A stretch of DNA of 64,000 bases, taken from assembly GCA_964358765.1 (NCBI GenBank), contig CAYHPN010000001.1, positions 27,182 to 91,181 of the forward strand. Direction: 5' to 3'. Shown piece by piece: positions 17,363 to 26,272 of this stretch; within the stretch, counting starts at the first letter, position 1; every line of letters starts with the position of its first letter. The notes under the pieces are model-generated. The model worked only from the letters and a program-made list of their open reading frames with translations. It had not been told where the DNA came from and did no database searches. A program made the translations under genes and the position numbers. Origin of the DNA: Candidatus Woesearchaeota archaeon (GTDB taxonomy: Archaea; Nanobdellota; Nanobdellia; Pacearchaeales; GW2011-AR1).

Positions 17363-19100
17363 TATCCCAAAAATCCTGCGAATTATCTGCTCTTTTTATT
17401 ATGTATCTTCCCATTACTAAATAGTCAATACCTGTGCCCATCATGCATTTGTATGCATCAAAAGGGGTGCAAACTATAGGCTCTCCTCTAATGTTGAAGG
17501 AAGTATTTATCAAAATTGGAATTTTAGAAAGTTTACCAAATTCTTTTATAAGATCATAATATAATTGATTTTGGTTTCTTCTTATTGTTTGCAATCTACC
17601 TGAACCATCGACATGTGTTACAGCGGGAATTAATTTATGATATTTTTCTTTTATAGGATAAACCATAAGCATAAAATCAGTTGGTTCTGGTATAGAGCTA
17701 TCGCATTCAAAATATTTGTTTGCATCCTCTACACAGATAACAGGAGCGAAAGGTCTGAATTTTTCTCGATGCTTAACTTTCAAATTAAGTATTTCCTGCA
17801 TTTTAGGATTACATGGATTAGACAATATGCTTCTTGCCCCAAGCGCCCTTGGACCCCATTCCATTCCTTTTTGAAACAAGCCAATTACATTATTATCATA
17901 AATTAACTTTGCAGATTTTTGGACTATCTTTTTATCAGAATTAAACTCTTCATACTTTATTTTGTTTTCATCAAGAAAATTTTTAATCTGAGAATCTGTA
18001 TATTCCGGACCTAAATAGGCATTGTCAAGAACAAAATTTCTCTGATTATTTAAAATAACATTATAAATATACATTGCAGCCCCTATACACGTTCCACCAT
18101 CCCCAGGATCAGGTTGGATCCATATTTTTTTAAAACCTGTATTTTTAAGTATCTTGCCATTGTAAACACTATTTAAGGCAACTCCTCCGGCTAAAACAAG
18201 ATTATCGCATTTGGTTACCTTATGAACGTGTTTAAGCATCTTTGTCATTATTTCTTCGGTAACTAACTGGACTGCAGCAGCAATGTCTTGGTGCCTTTGA
18301 GTAATCTCTGATTCCTTCCTTCTAATATCTCCGTTTAGTAAAGCACATAATTTTTTTGAAGGCATTCTATTCTTATAATGATATGTAAAATAACTCATAT
18401 CAAATCTATAGCTGCCATCATCTTTAAGATCTATAATGCTCATTAGTTTTTTATAGTATTCATTTTTATTCTTATCCATGTTTCCATAAGGAGAAAGCCC
18501 CATTACTTTGTACTCTGAATTATTTACACTAAATCCAAGATAAGCAGTAATGGCTGAATATAATAAGCCAATTGAGGAAGGAAATTTTATTTCTTTGAAA
18601 AGTTTAATAGAATTATTTTCACCTATTCCATATGCCGTAGTAGTCCATTCCCCTACACCATCAACTGATAAAATGGCTGCTTTTTTAAATGGACTTGGCA
18701 GAAAAGAACTTGCAGAATGAGCCATATGATGCTCGATAAATCTGACATTTCCTTTATACTTTAATTTCTTTTTAATTATTTTAATTATTCTTAATTTCTC
18801 ATTAAACCATGAAGGCATATTGCTAATAAAAACCTTGTAACTTTTAGGGAATGTTTCTATATGCTGATGTAAAATTCTCTCAAATTTTAAAAAAGGTTTC
18901 TCATAAAAACCAACATGATCCAAGTCGTTAGAAGTAATTCCTTCCTTTTGCAAACAATAATTTATGGCATTAATTGGGAAAGAAGTATCATGCTTCTTTC
19001 TAGTAAATCTTTCCTCTTGAGCAGCTGAAACCAACACACCATCTTTGATAAGAGCAGCGGCAGAATCATGATAAAAACAGCTTATTCCTAAAATGTACAT
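17340..19100 (-). CDS. Carbamoyltransferase (NodU/CmcH family)
   Basis: MYILGISCFYHDSAAALIKDG is the hallmark N-terminus. It is 586 aa with a C-terminal carbamoyltransferase region (NTSFNIRGEPIVCTP). Confidence 0.85.
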   Translation of the reverse strand: MYILGISCFYHDSAAALIKDGVLVSAAQEERFTRKKHDTSFPINAINYCLQKEGITSNDLDHVGFYEKPFLKFERILHQHIETFPKSYKVFISNMPSWFNEKLRIIKIIKKKLKYKGNVRFIEHHMAHSASSFLPSPFKKAAILSVDGVGEWTTTAYGIGENNSIKLFKEIKFPSSIGLLYSAITAYLGFSVNNSEYKVMGLSPYGNMDKNKNEYYKKLMSIIDLKDDGSYRFDMSYFTYHYKNRMPSKKLCALLNGDIRRKESEITQRHQDIAAAVQLVTEEIMTKMLKHVHKVTKCDNLVLAGGVALNSVYNGKILKNTGFKKIWIQPDPGDGGTCIGAAMYIYNVILNNQRNFVLDNAYLGPEYTDSQIKNFLDENKIKYEEFNSDKKIVQKSAKLIYDNNVIGLFQKGMEWGPRALGARSILSNPCNPKMQEILNLKVKHREKFRPFAPVICVEDANKYFECDSSIPEPTDFMLMVYPIKEKYHKLIPAVTHVDGSGRLQTIRRNQNQLYYDLIKEFGKLSKIPILINTSFNIRGEPIVCTPFDAYKCMMGTGIDYLVMGRYIIKRADNSQDFWDSEKYAKD

Positions 19101-19101
19101 C

Positions 19102-19350
19102 TTAAAATTGCTTAAAGTAATACTTTTCCTCCTTTTTATCTAAATTCAAATCTTCCCAATAAGTACTTGCCTCTTTTTGTGGCATCAAATCCAGAAATTT
19201 CTTTTTTGAGATTTTAGCAAATATAGAAGTTAAAAAAACCCCTGTAAAGTATACTATAGTTAAAAGTAAAAAATTTATTATTATGGAAATTTTATTTGAG
19301 AATAATTCTTTTCCCTCAGAGAAACCTTCTTTAAAATATTTCCATTTCAT
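19102..19350 (-). CDS. Small membrane protein (possibly SxtJ-like) coupled to the carbamoyltransferase
   Basis: It is 82 aa with one or two TM helices (IIINFLLLTIVYFTGVFLTSIF). Its stop lies 1 nt from the carbamoyltransferase start. The SxtJ resemblance is from memory only. Confidence 0.35.
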   Translation of the reverse strand: MKWKYFKEGFSEGKELFSNKISIIINFLLLTIVYFTGVFLTSIFAKISKKKFLDLMPQKEASTYWEDLNLDKKEEKYYFKQF

Positions 19351-19544
19351 TTTAATATTTCTCCAAGTATAGAACCCAACAGCATTATTGACAAAGTAAT
19401 TGCTAAAGAAGTAAGATATATTAGATCAGGCAATCTCGTAATTCTTGATACGATAGTCAACGTTACACTAAAAATAATCACAAAAACAGTGAATCCAAAA
19501 ACTTTTCCAATAGTATGGTACTTTCTTTTCTCTTCAAAATTCAT
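19347..19544 (-). CDS. Small two-TM membrane protein
   Basis: It is 65 aa with two hydrophobic helices. It overlaps the next gene by 4 nt, which suggests translational coupling. Confidence 0.35.
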   Translation of the reverse strand: MNFEEKRKYHTIGKVFGFTVFVIIFSVTLTIVSRITRLPDLIYLTSLAITLSIMLLGSILGEILK

Positions 19545-19710
19545 GATCTAGTAAAAAGGCATCAATTTATAAATCTTTATCTAGTACAATTAGAAAAAGT
19601 CATAAAATAAAAAACTTGATAAGTTTACAAAGCAGAGGCGTTAAGAGAGATAAAATTATAACTAAGTAGTGATTATATAAATTTATAAAATGAATATTTC
19701 ATTTCTTTTT

Positions 19711-19872
19711 ATGAGTGAAAATAAAGGATTAATTGGAGAAACTTGGGACTTTCTTAAAATTAGAAAAAAATGGTGGCTGCTTCCTATAATTATTATGCTT
19801 GTACTAATGGGAATATTGATAATATTTGGACAGAGTAGTTCTCTTTCTCCATTTATATATGCGTTAGGTTAG
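19711..19872 (+). CDS. DUF5989-like tiny membrane protein
   Basis: LIGETWDFLKIRKKWWLLPIIIMLVLMGILIIFGQSSSLSPFIYALG matches my memory of the DUF5989 pattern (xLWxFLRxRKKWWLLPIxxxLLLLGxLxxxxxxSxxxPFIYxLF). That family is usually found next to carbamoyltransferases. I chose the ATG at 19711 because a tataaatttataaa box sits about 25 nt upstream. Confidence 0.6.
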   Translation: MSENKGLIGETWDFLKIRKKWWLLPIIIMLVLMGILIIFGQSSSLSPFIYALG

Positions 19873-20762
19873 TTTATGTATCCAGATTTCTTAATGTAAT
19901 AATGTATTGTTGGAACAGATTTTTCATGTTTCTCTATTATATTCAAACCCTTCCCCCCTAATGAAGTTGGCCTCTCTACCACATTTACGCGAGGACGATA
20001 ATGGTTTATCATATCTATATTTGCAGTGGTTATATTTGAAACTTTATTACCTAAATTTCTGGCCATTGATAAAGACTTTAGAAATACTTCTGGAAGAATA
20101 ACTGCGGAACCTAGATTGATAACTACTCCTTGCTCCAAATTTTTTACTGTTTGAGTAAATCTTAAAAAATCAGTATAAGAAGATTTTCCAAGTGCAGCGC
20201 CGTCACATTCTGGATGCTGGTAAATTATTTCTGTGCCTATAGCTGTAAAGACAGAGACAGGCACATTATTTATTAGAGCTTGATAAAGAATACTATTATC
20301 TTTATAATCTAAATTTAAATCTTTTATTATTCTTGCTATTGATTCCCCATAACCTCTTCCGTCTATTGCTCCAAGCTTAGCCGCTTTGTTTAAATAATGG
20401 CCTGTCTCGTTTGCCATTCCAAAGCTTCCATCTTTAATATTTTGGGCTACATCCTCCGAAGTTTCTCCAATAAAAGCTATTTCAAAATCGTGAATAGCTC
20501 CAGCGCCATTCATAGCAATAGATGTTAACACTCCTTTTTTTATAAAGTCTATAATAAAATCAGACAACCCTGTTTTTATAACATGAGCTCCCATGAGAAG
20601 AATAACTTCTTTCCCAGCCCTTCTAGATTTAACCATTTCATCAGCTAACTCCTCTAAATGAGGATTATCTGAGAGTATCTTCGAATCGGTTAGAGGAATT
20701 CTATTATGTATGTTATATAGGTTTTTCCTTTCCCTTAAAGGTATTGTTTTAAGTTTATCCAT
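19869..20762 (-). CDS. Deoxyhypusine-synthase-like (DS-fold) protein, non-canonical
   Basis: LLMGAHVIKTGLSDFIIDFIKKGVLTSIAMNGAGAIHDFE resembles the DHS segment SSGxRxxIxxLxxxxxVDxxVTTAGGxEED. The later VPVSVFTAIGTE and VVINLGSAVILPE line up with DHS blocks, but the GGGxxKH lysine is not visible. Confidence 0.35.
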   Translation of the reverse strand: MDKLKTIPLRERKNLYNIHNRIPLTDSKILSDNPHLEELADEMVKSRRAGKEVILLMGAHVIKTGLSDFIIDFIKKGVLTSIAMNGAGAIHDFEIAFIGETSEDVAQNIKDGSFGMANETGHYLNKAAKLGAIDGRGYGESIARIIKDLNLDYKDNSILYQALINNVPVSVFTAIGTEIIYQHPECDGAALGKSSYTDFLRFTQTVKNLEQGVVINLGSAVILPEVFLKSLSMARNLGNKVSNITTANIDMINHYRPRVNVVERPTSLGGKGLNIIEKHEKSVPTIHYYIKKSGYIN

Positions 20763-21045
20763 GTTAAAACAACCATATTTAGCCTATAAAAAGGTTTTTA
20801 AGATCTTTTATTTTAAAATAACTATGAGTGAGAGAGAAAATTTACGCGAGAAATTGGAGTATATTGTAGGCTTTGTTATTTTTAATGGTCTAAAATTGAA
20901 AGAAGAAGTAAAGGCAAGATATTATTCCATAAGAAAAATTCCTTATTCATGGGGAGACGGAGTAATATTTCCTGACTACGTTTTAAGGGGCGATAAGGAT
21001 AAATAATATTATTTAAAAAAAATTTTAAAATTCTAAAACCTACAT

Positions 21046-21056
21046 CTTTTTAAATA
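21046..21056 (+). promoter_or_regulatory. BRE/TATA-like box for the GT2 operon
   Basis: ctttttaaata lies about 25 nt upstream of the GTG start at 21076. The string is identical to the box at 3948. Confidence 0.4.
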
Positions 21057-21075
21057 ACGTTTTTAATTTAATAGG

Positions 21076-21792
21076 GTGAAAACATTATCTATAATAATAC
21101 CTGCTTATAATGAAGAAAAAACAATTTTAGAAGTTTTGGATAAAGTAAAAAAAGTAAAATTTAAAGGCCTTAATATTAAAAAAGAGATCATTGTTATTAG
21201 CGATGGTTCTAGGGATAATACTGTAAAATTAGCAAAAAGTGTTAAGGGAATAATAGTAATAGATAAACAACCAAATCAAGGCAAGGGCGCTGCTGTGAGA
21301 AAAGGGATCCAAGAAGCAAAGGGAGAAATAATAATAATTCAGGATGCAGATCTTGAATACAATCCTGAAGAATTGGGAAAAGTTATTGAACCAATATTGA
21401 AAAAAGATGAAAAAGTGGTTTATGGATCAAGATATCTGGAACTATTTAAAAAAAATAAATATTCATTTAGACATGCTGGTGCATATTTATCTACTTCTTT
21501 AGGTGTAAGGTTTATAACTTTATTGACTAACCTTCTTTATGGGACAAATCTAACAGACGAAGCAACCTGTTATAAGTGTTTTAGATCAGACGTAATTAAA
21601 AATATAGAGATAGTAAATGATAAGTTTAACTGGGAGCCAGAAGTAACTGCAAAAATAGCAAAGAAACGTATAAATATTTATGAAGTCCCAATTTCTTACA
21701 AGCCGAGATCTTATGAAGATGGTAAAAAAATTAATTGGAAGGATGGTATGGATGCAATATGGACGTTAATAAAATACAGAGTAATAAATTAA
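21076..21792 (+). CDS. GT-A glycosyltransferase family 2 (polyprenyl-phosphate sugar synthase-like, DPM1/GtrB/ArnC type)
   Basis: The motifs are [23 protein letters not shown] and [10 protein letters not shown] (DxD). It is 238 aa and soluble, and it uses a GTG start. Confidence 0.75.
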   Translation: MKTLSIIIPAYNEEKTILEVLDKVKKVKFKGLNIKKEIIVISDGSRDNTVKLAKSVKGIIVIDKQPNQGKGAAVRKGIQEAKGEIIIIQDADLEYNPEELGKVIEPILKKDEKVVYGSRYLELFKKNKYSFRHAGAYLSTSLGVRFITLLTNLLYGTNLTDEATCYKCFRSDVIKNIEIVNDKFNWEPEVTAKIAKKRINIYEVPISYKPRSYEDGKKINWKDGMDAIWTLIKYRVIN

Positions 21793-22703
21793 ACAGCCGT
21801 TATTTTGATAGCGTTAAGTGTGATCTTTGCGGGTTTGATAAGTATAAAATAATATATTCTTCGAGGTATAGTGGAAAGACAATTGAAGAGTTAAAGAAAA
21901 TGTATCGAGCTTCTGGGGATGATTTATTGATAGATCAATTGGTTAAATGCAAAAAATGCGGATTAATTTATGTCAACCCAAGAATTAAATCAGAAATGAT
22001 TATTAAAGGATACAGCGAAGGAAGTGATGAAACTTTTGTTTCTCAGGCAAAATCTAGAGAAGATACTTTCAGAAAATCTTTAAGTTTGATAGAGAAATTT
22101 TATCCGAAAAAGGGCTACTTGCTAGATGTTGGAACTGCTGGCGGATCTTTCCTTGCAGCCGCTAAGAAAAAAGGATGGAAAATCTACGGATGCGAGCCAA
22201 ACAATTGGCTGGCAGAATGGGGAAGTAAAAATTATAATATAAAAATAGATAAGGGGACTATCTTTGATCAAAATTATACTAGCAATCATTTCGATGTTGT
22301 TACATTGTGGGATGTTATAGAACATACCCCAAGCCCATCTGAAGTTTTAAAAGAATGCAATAGAGTTATGAAAAAAAATGGAGTATTGGTAGTAAATTAT
22401 CCTGATATTGGGAGCTATATATCAAAATTGATGAAGATGAAATGGTTATTTTTGACTTCCGTTCACCTATATTATTTTACAAGAAGAACCATTAAGTTAA
22501 TGCTGGAAAAAGAAGGATTTGAGATAGTTCTAATAAAACCCCATTTTCAAACACTTGAAGCAGGATATGTTTTTTTTAGGGCTGGAAAATACAATAAGTT
22601 AATCTCCAGAATTGGTTTGTCTATTGTTAATACCCTCGGGTTGGGAAAAAAAGGGCTTCCCTATTGGTTAGGCCAGACTTTTGTATTAGCTATTAAAAAA
22701 TAA
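21759..22703 (+). CDS. Class I SAM-dependent methyltransferase with an N-terminal CxxC...CxxC zinc ribbon
   Basis: The zinc ribbon is CDLCGF...[17 protein letters not shown] is motif I, and [13 protein letters not shown] follows. I chose the ATG at 21759; the track ORF begins at an upstream TTG at 21735. Confidence 0.65.
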   Translation: MDVNKIQSNKLNSRYFDSVKCDLCGFDKYKIIYSSRYSGKTIEELKKMYRASGDDLLIDQLVKCKKCGLIYVNPRIKSEMIIKGYSEGSDETFVSQAKSREDTFRKSLSLIEKFYPKKGYLLDVGTAGGSFLAAAKKKGWKIYGCEPNNWLAEWGSKNYNIKIDKGTIFDQNYTSNHFDVVTLWDVIEHTPSPSEVLKECNRVMKKNGVLVVNYPDIGSYISKLMKMKWLFLTSVHLYYFTRRTIKLMLEKEGFEIVLIKPHFQTLEAGYVFFRAGKYNKLISRIGLSIVNTLGLGKKGLPYWLGQTFVLAIKK

Positions 22704-22704
22704 A

Positions 22705-24102
22705 ATGAAGAAAAAAGCAGTTATTTTGGGTGGAGGAATTACTGGACTAAGAATAGCATCATATTTACAGGAAAATAATTTTGAAGTTACAATATTAGAG
22801 AAAACTCCAAAAATAGGTGGAATGACTTCAAGCTTTATTTATAAAGATTTTATTCTTGATTACGGCCCTCATAAATTTTATACTCAACTTCCAGGAGTTT
22901 ATGATGATTTTAAAAAAATCATTGGAGAAGTCAATTATTTAACTGTAAAAAAAGAAAACAGCATTAGATTATTGGGAAATTATTTTGATTTCCCGGTAAA
23001 ATTATCCCAGCTTTTTACAATGATAAATCCTATTCTAACCATAAAAATAGGGCTGGATTTAATTAAAGAAAAAATGAACAGAAAAGAGGCGAAAAATTAT
23101 GAAGAATATTTTATAAAAGGATTTGGAAAAACAGGTTATAAAATAGTATTTGAAGGATTTGCAAGCAAAGTCTGGGGAAATCCAAAAAATCTTTCTGTGG
23201 AACTTGCTAGAAGAAGATCACCTGCAAAAAACATATTTGAAGTTCTAAAAACAGCTTTAATAAAAGGAAATGATGTAAGCGCAGATTACTTTCTATATCC
23301 AAAACTTGGATATGGTGTGATTTGTGAAAATTTATCTAAAGAGATGACAAAAAATGGCGGAAAAATAATACTAAATGCCAAAGCCCTTAACTTAAACTTA
23401 AAAGAGAAAAAAGTATCTTCTGTAGATTTGTTAATTAATAATAGAACCAAAAAACAATTGCCATGCGATGTTTTAATCTCAACAATGGCAATTAATGAAC
23501 TTATTTTATTGATAAAAGAAAAGAAACTTTCACAAGAAATAAAAGATGCACTGGAAAATATTAAATTTAGATCGTTAATAATCGCATATATTTTTCTTAA
23601 AAAAAATAAAGCACTAAAAGATAATTGGATATTTTTCCCTGAAAAAGAATTTTGCTTTAATAGAGTTGCCGAACAAAAAAGTTTTAGCAAATATACTTGC
23701 CCTAAAGACAAAACTGTTTTAACTGCGGAAATAACCTGCAACTTTAACGACGAGACTTACCTTGCACCTGAAAATGAAATAAAAGATAAAGTGATAAATG
23801 ATTTGGTGAAAGCTAAGTTAATTAAAAGAGAAGAAGTTTATGATTTTATCATCAGAAAAGCAGGCAGAGTCTACCCGGTTTATGATCTGGATTATAAAAA
23901 GAATTTAAACATTTTACTTAACTTCTTAGACGAAATACCTAATATTTATACTGTTGGGAGACTTGGATTATTTAATTACAACAACGCAGATCATTGTTTG
24001 GATATGGCTAAAGTAACAACACAAATAATAATTAATAATAAAAACAGAGAAGAGTGGAAAAAGGCCAGAAACTATTTTGATAGTTATAGGATTGTTGACT
24101 AA
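22705..24102 (+). CDS. FAD/NAD(P)-binding oxidoreductase (amine-oxidase / UDP-galactopyranose-mutase-like fold)
   Basis: The N-terminal Rossmann motif is AVILGGGITGLRIASYL...VTILEKTPKIGGM. It is 465 aa. Confidence 0.6.
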   Translation: MKKKAVILGGGITGLRIASYLQENNFEVTILEKTPKIGGMTSSFIYKDFILDYGPHKFYTQLPGVYDDFKKIIGEVNYLTVKKENSIRLLGNYFDFPVKLSQLFTMINPILTIKIGLDLIKEKMNRKEAKNYEEYFIKGFGKTGYKIVFEGFASKVWGNPKNLSVELARRRSPAKNIFEVLKTALIKGNDVSADYFLYPKLGYGVICENLSKEMTKNGGKIILNAKALNLNLKEKKVSSVDLLINNRTKKQLPCDVLISTMAINELILLIKEKKLSQEIKDALENIKFRSLIIAYIFLKKNKALKDNWIFFPEKEFCFNRVAEQKSFSKYTCPKDKTVLTAEITCNFNDETYLAPENEIKDKVINDLVKAKLIKREEVYDFIIRKAGRVYPVYDLDYKKNLNILLNFLDEIPNIYTVGRLGLFNYNNADHCLDMAKVTTQIIINNKNREEWKKARNYFDSYRIVD

Positions 24103-24320
24103 AATACTAAATACGAATAAAACACTCGTAGATTGAACAAGATAATTCCCTACCGGGCAATTACATGCTAAAGCATTTTTGTAATTTAGTCAAAAGTAAA
24201 TCTTGCCTAAATTCTGTTTTTGTTGCTAAATTGACTTTAAACAAAATAACTATTATTCATAAAGTGTTTATACTTTATATACAATAAATTATAGAAGCAA
24301 AACTTAATAGGATGTTAATT

Positions 24321-26225
24321 CTATATTCTAATAAAACACTCGTAGATAAGATAAATTATAGATGCAAAGCTTAATATGATGTTTAAATAGAAAACAAGCC
24401 AGGTTATTTTATTTATTGCAATATCCTTCAATCCAATAGGTGCGTAAATAAAATTCTTAAAATTCTTGCTTTCCTTATTTAAGAATTCGGTAGGATAAAG
24501 AAAGTACTCGTATTGCAATTTAACCTGCTTGGCTATGCTTAGATCTATAGGTAGCTGCGTCTTATATATTTTATAATGCTCCCCCATATTGATTTTTTTA
24601 GAAATAAAAGGATTGTAATAATTAGTATCTTTAAGAGTTATTTTAGATTCAATATTCATAACTACTGGAATTGATTGATTATTTAAAGAATCAAAAAACA
24701 TTTCCATTGAATTGTTTAGCTGAGGATTTTTAGATATAGTGCCCCAACCACAGTCATCAATAACACATTCTACTACATAAACTGGAATATTTTCCACACT
24801 CTTCGATTTTTCATTGTATTCTAAGAACTCATTTAAGAAGCTCACTGGAATATAATGCCTGTTAATAAACAGCCAACCTGCCTGAGAGTTATATATTCTA
24901 TCGTCATAGATGATCAACGATTTTTCCGGAATATTGGAATTTTTAAACTTAATTAGATTATCTTCTGGATTTCTAGAATAGAACGATCCAAAATCGTTAC
25001 TAACTATGGAAGTTAATATAAAAAATACATACAATAATAAAATAAAATATAGAATTAAAAAGTTATAGTTTTTATTAAGTATTTTGTGGAGTGCTGAGTA
25101 CTTTTTAATTAATGATAAATAAAAATTATCAATTAAGAAAGCCATCATAGGAATAGAAAATGCTAAAAAATGAACATAATGTTTAGTTAATGTATTTCCC
25201 TTAACTATGAAGATAAAGGGGATTATTAAATAAAGTAGGAAAAAAATCAAATAATCTTTTGCGAATGAATCTTTCTTTCTTTTTAAAAATAGATATATTA
25301 AACAAATAAGAGCAAACATGGTCAAAATCTTTCCATTGCCATAAATTGAAGTTGTTAAACCAATATAAAGAAGCGACCTATCATCACTATCGTTTAATGG
25401 AGAAGCATCTGATAAAAGAGTCTTGAAAAAACCCTCTTTTCTATTTATCTCTCCGCCGGCAGTCCACCCATAGAGAGACTGCATCTTATCATTTTTTAAG
25501 GAAGGAAATTGTGTAACAAATAAGAAATCAGTTACTCCATTATATTTGTAATTAAGATAATTATATGTTAATGTCGGAGTAATTAGTAAAAACATTATTA
25601 TTAACATATAAATCAATGTTTTACGGTTAACTTTGTAATCAAATCTTTTAGATCTATGATGATAATAAATAAGACCAAAGTAAGGAATAAGTAGAACAGG
25701 AACATATGCTTTCCACATACATGAAACTCCAAAAAAAACAGCTGAAATAATCAGGTAATTTTTTGATTTTTTATTTAATCCTAACAATAATGAATAAAAT
25801 GATAACATTATAAAGAATAATGTTGAGATATCGTGTTCATCGGATGTATGCCAAATAAATCCAGGAGCAAATGCGTATATTATTGCAGATATAATTGCCA
25901 TCCTCTTATTTCCAGAAAATTCTAAAACAAATAAATAAATTAAAGGAATCGTTAAAGTGGCAAATAGTAAAGAAGAAAAACGACATGTAAATTGACTAAT
26001 ACCAAACAAGTTATAAAATATATTTGTAACTGCATACCACAAATAACCTGACTGATCCCAGATTACTAATAGGCCTGAATTTAAGAAGTTTTGAGCCTCT
26101 AAACAAAAATGAGGAGGATCTCCCAGCAATATACGCGTATGAACATTAATCAGTCGAAAGACAAAACCAAAGATAATTGTTAAGAACAATAAAACAGATA
26201 TCTTATTCTCTTTTACGTATTTCAT
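24321..26225 (-). CDS. GT-C fold glycosyltransferase (PMT_2/ArnT-like, polyprenyl-phosphate-sugar dependent)
   Basis: It is 634 aa with about 11 or more TM helices in the N-terminal two thirds and a C-terminal soluble domain. It is paired with a GT2 polyprenyl-P-sugar synthase-like gene on the opposite strand. Confidence 0.6.
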   Translation of the reverse strand: MKYVKENKISVLLFLTIIFGFVFRLINVHTRILLGDPPHFCLEAQNFLNSGLLVIWDQSGYLWYAVTNIFYNLFGISQFTCRFSSLLFATLTIPLIYLFVLEFSGNKRMAIISAIIYAFAPGFIWHTSDEHDISTLFFIMLSFYSLLLGLNKKSKNYLIISAVFFGVSCMWKAYVPVLLIPYFGLIYYHHRSKRFDYKVNRKTLIYMLIIMFLLITPTLTYNYLNYKYNGVTDFLFVTQFPSLKNDKMQSLYGWTAGGEINRKEGFFKTLLSDASPLNDSDDRSLLYIGLTTSIYGNGKILTMFALICLIYLFLKRKKDSFAKDYLIFFLLYLIIPFIFIVKGNTLTKHYVHFLAFSIPMMAFLIDNFYLSLIKKYSALHKILNKNYNFLILYFILLLYVFFILTSIVSNDFGSFYSRNPEDNLIKFKNSNIPEKSLIIYDDRIYNSQAGWLFINRHYIPVSFLNEFLEYNEKSKSVENIPVYVVECVIDDCGWGTISKNPQLNNSMEMFFDSLNNQSIPVVMNIESKITLKDTNYYNPFISKKINMGEHYKIYKTQLPIDLSIAKQVKLQYEYFLYPTEFLNKESKNFKNFIYAPIGLKDIAINKITWLVFYLNIILSFASIIYLIYECFIRI

Positions 26226-26272
26226 ATACTTTACTTTAAATTATATTATTTTTATACTTTTCCAAAATTTTC

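Noticed and set aside
20710-21006. A 98-aa plus-strand ORF between the DHS-like gene and the GT2 gene, with a possible 60-aa version from the ATG at 20824.
   Set aside because: The long version starts inside, and antisense to, the 5' end of the DHS-like gene. The short version has no recognisable motif and no well-spaced TATA box. The evidence is insufficient to call a gene.
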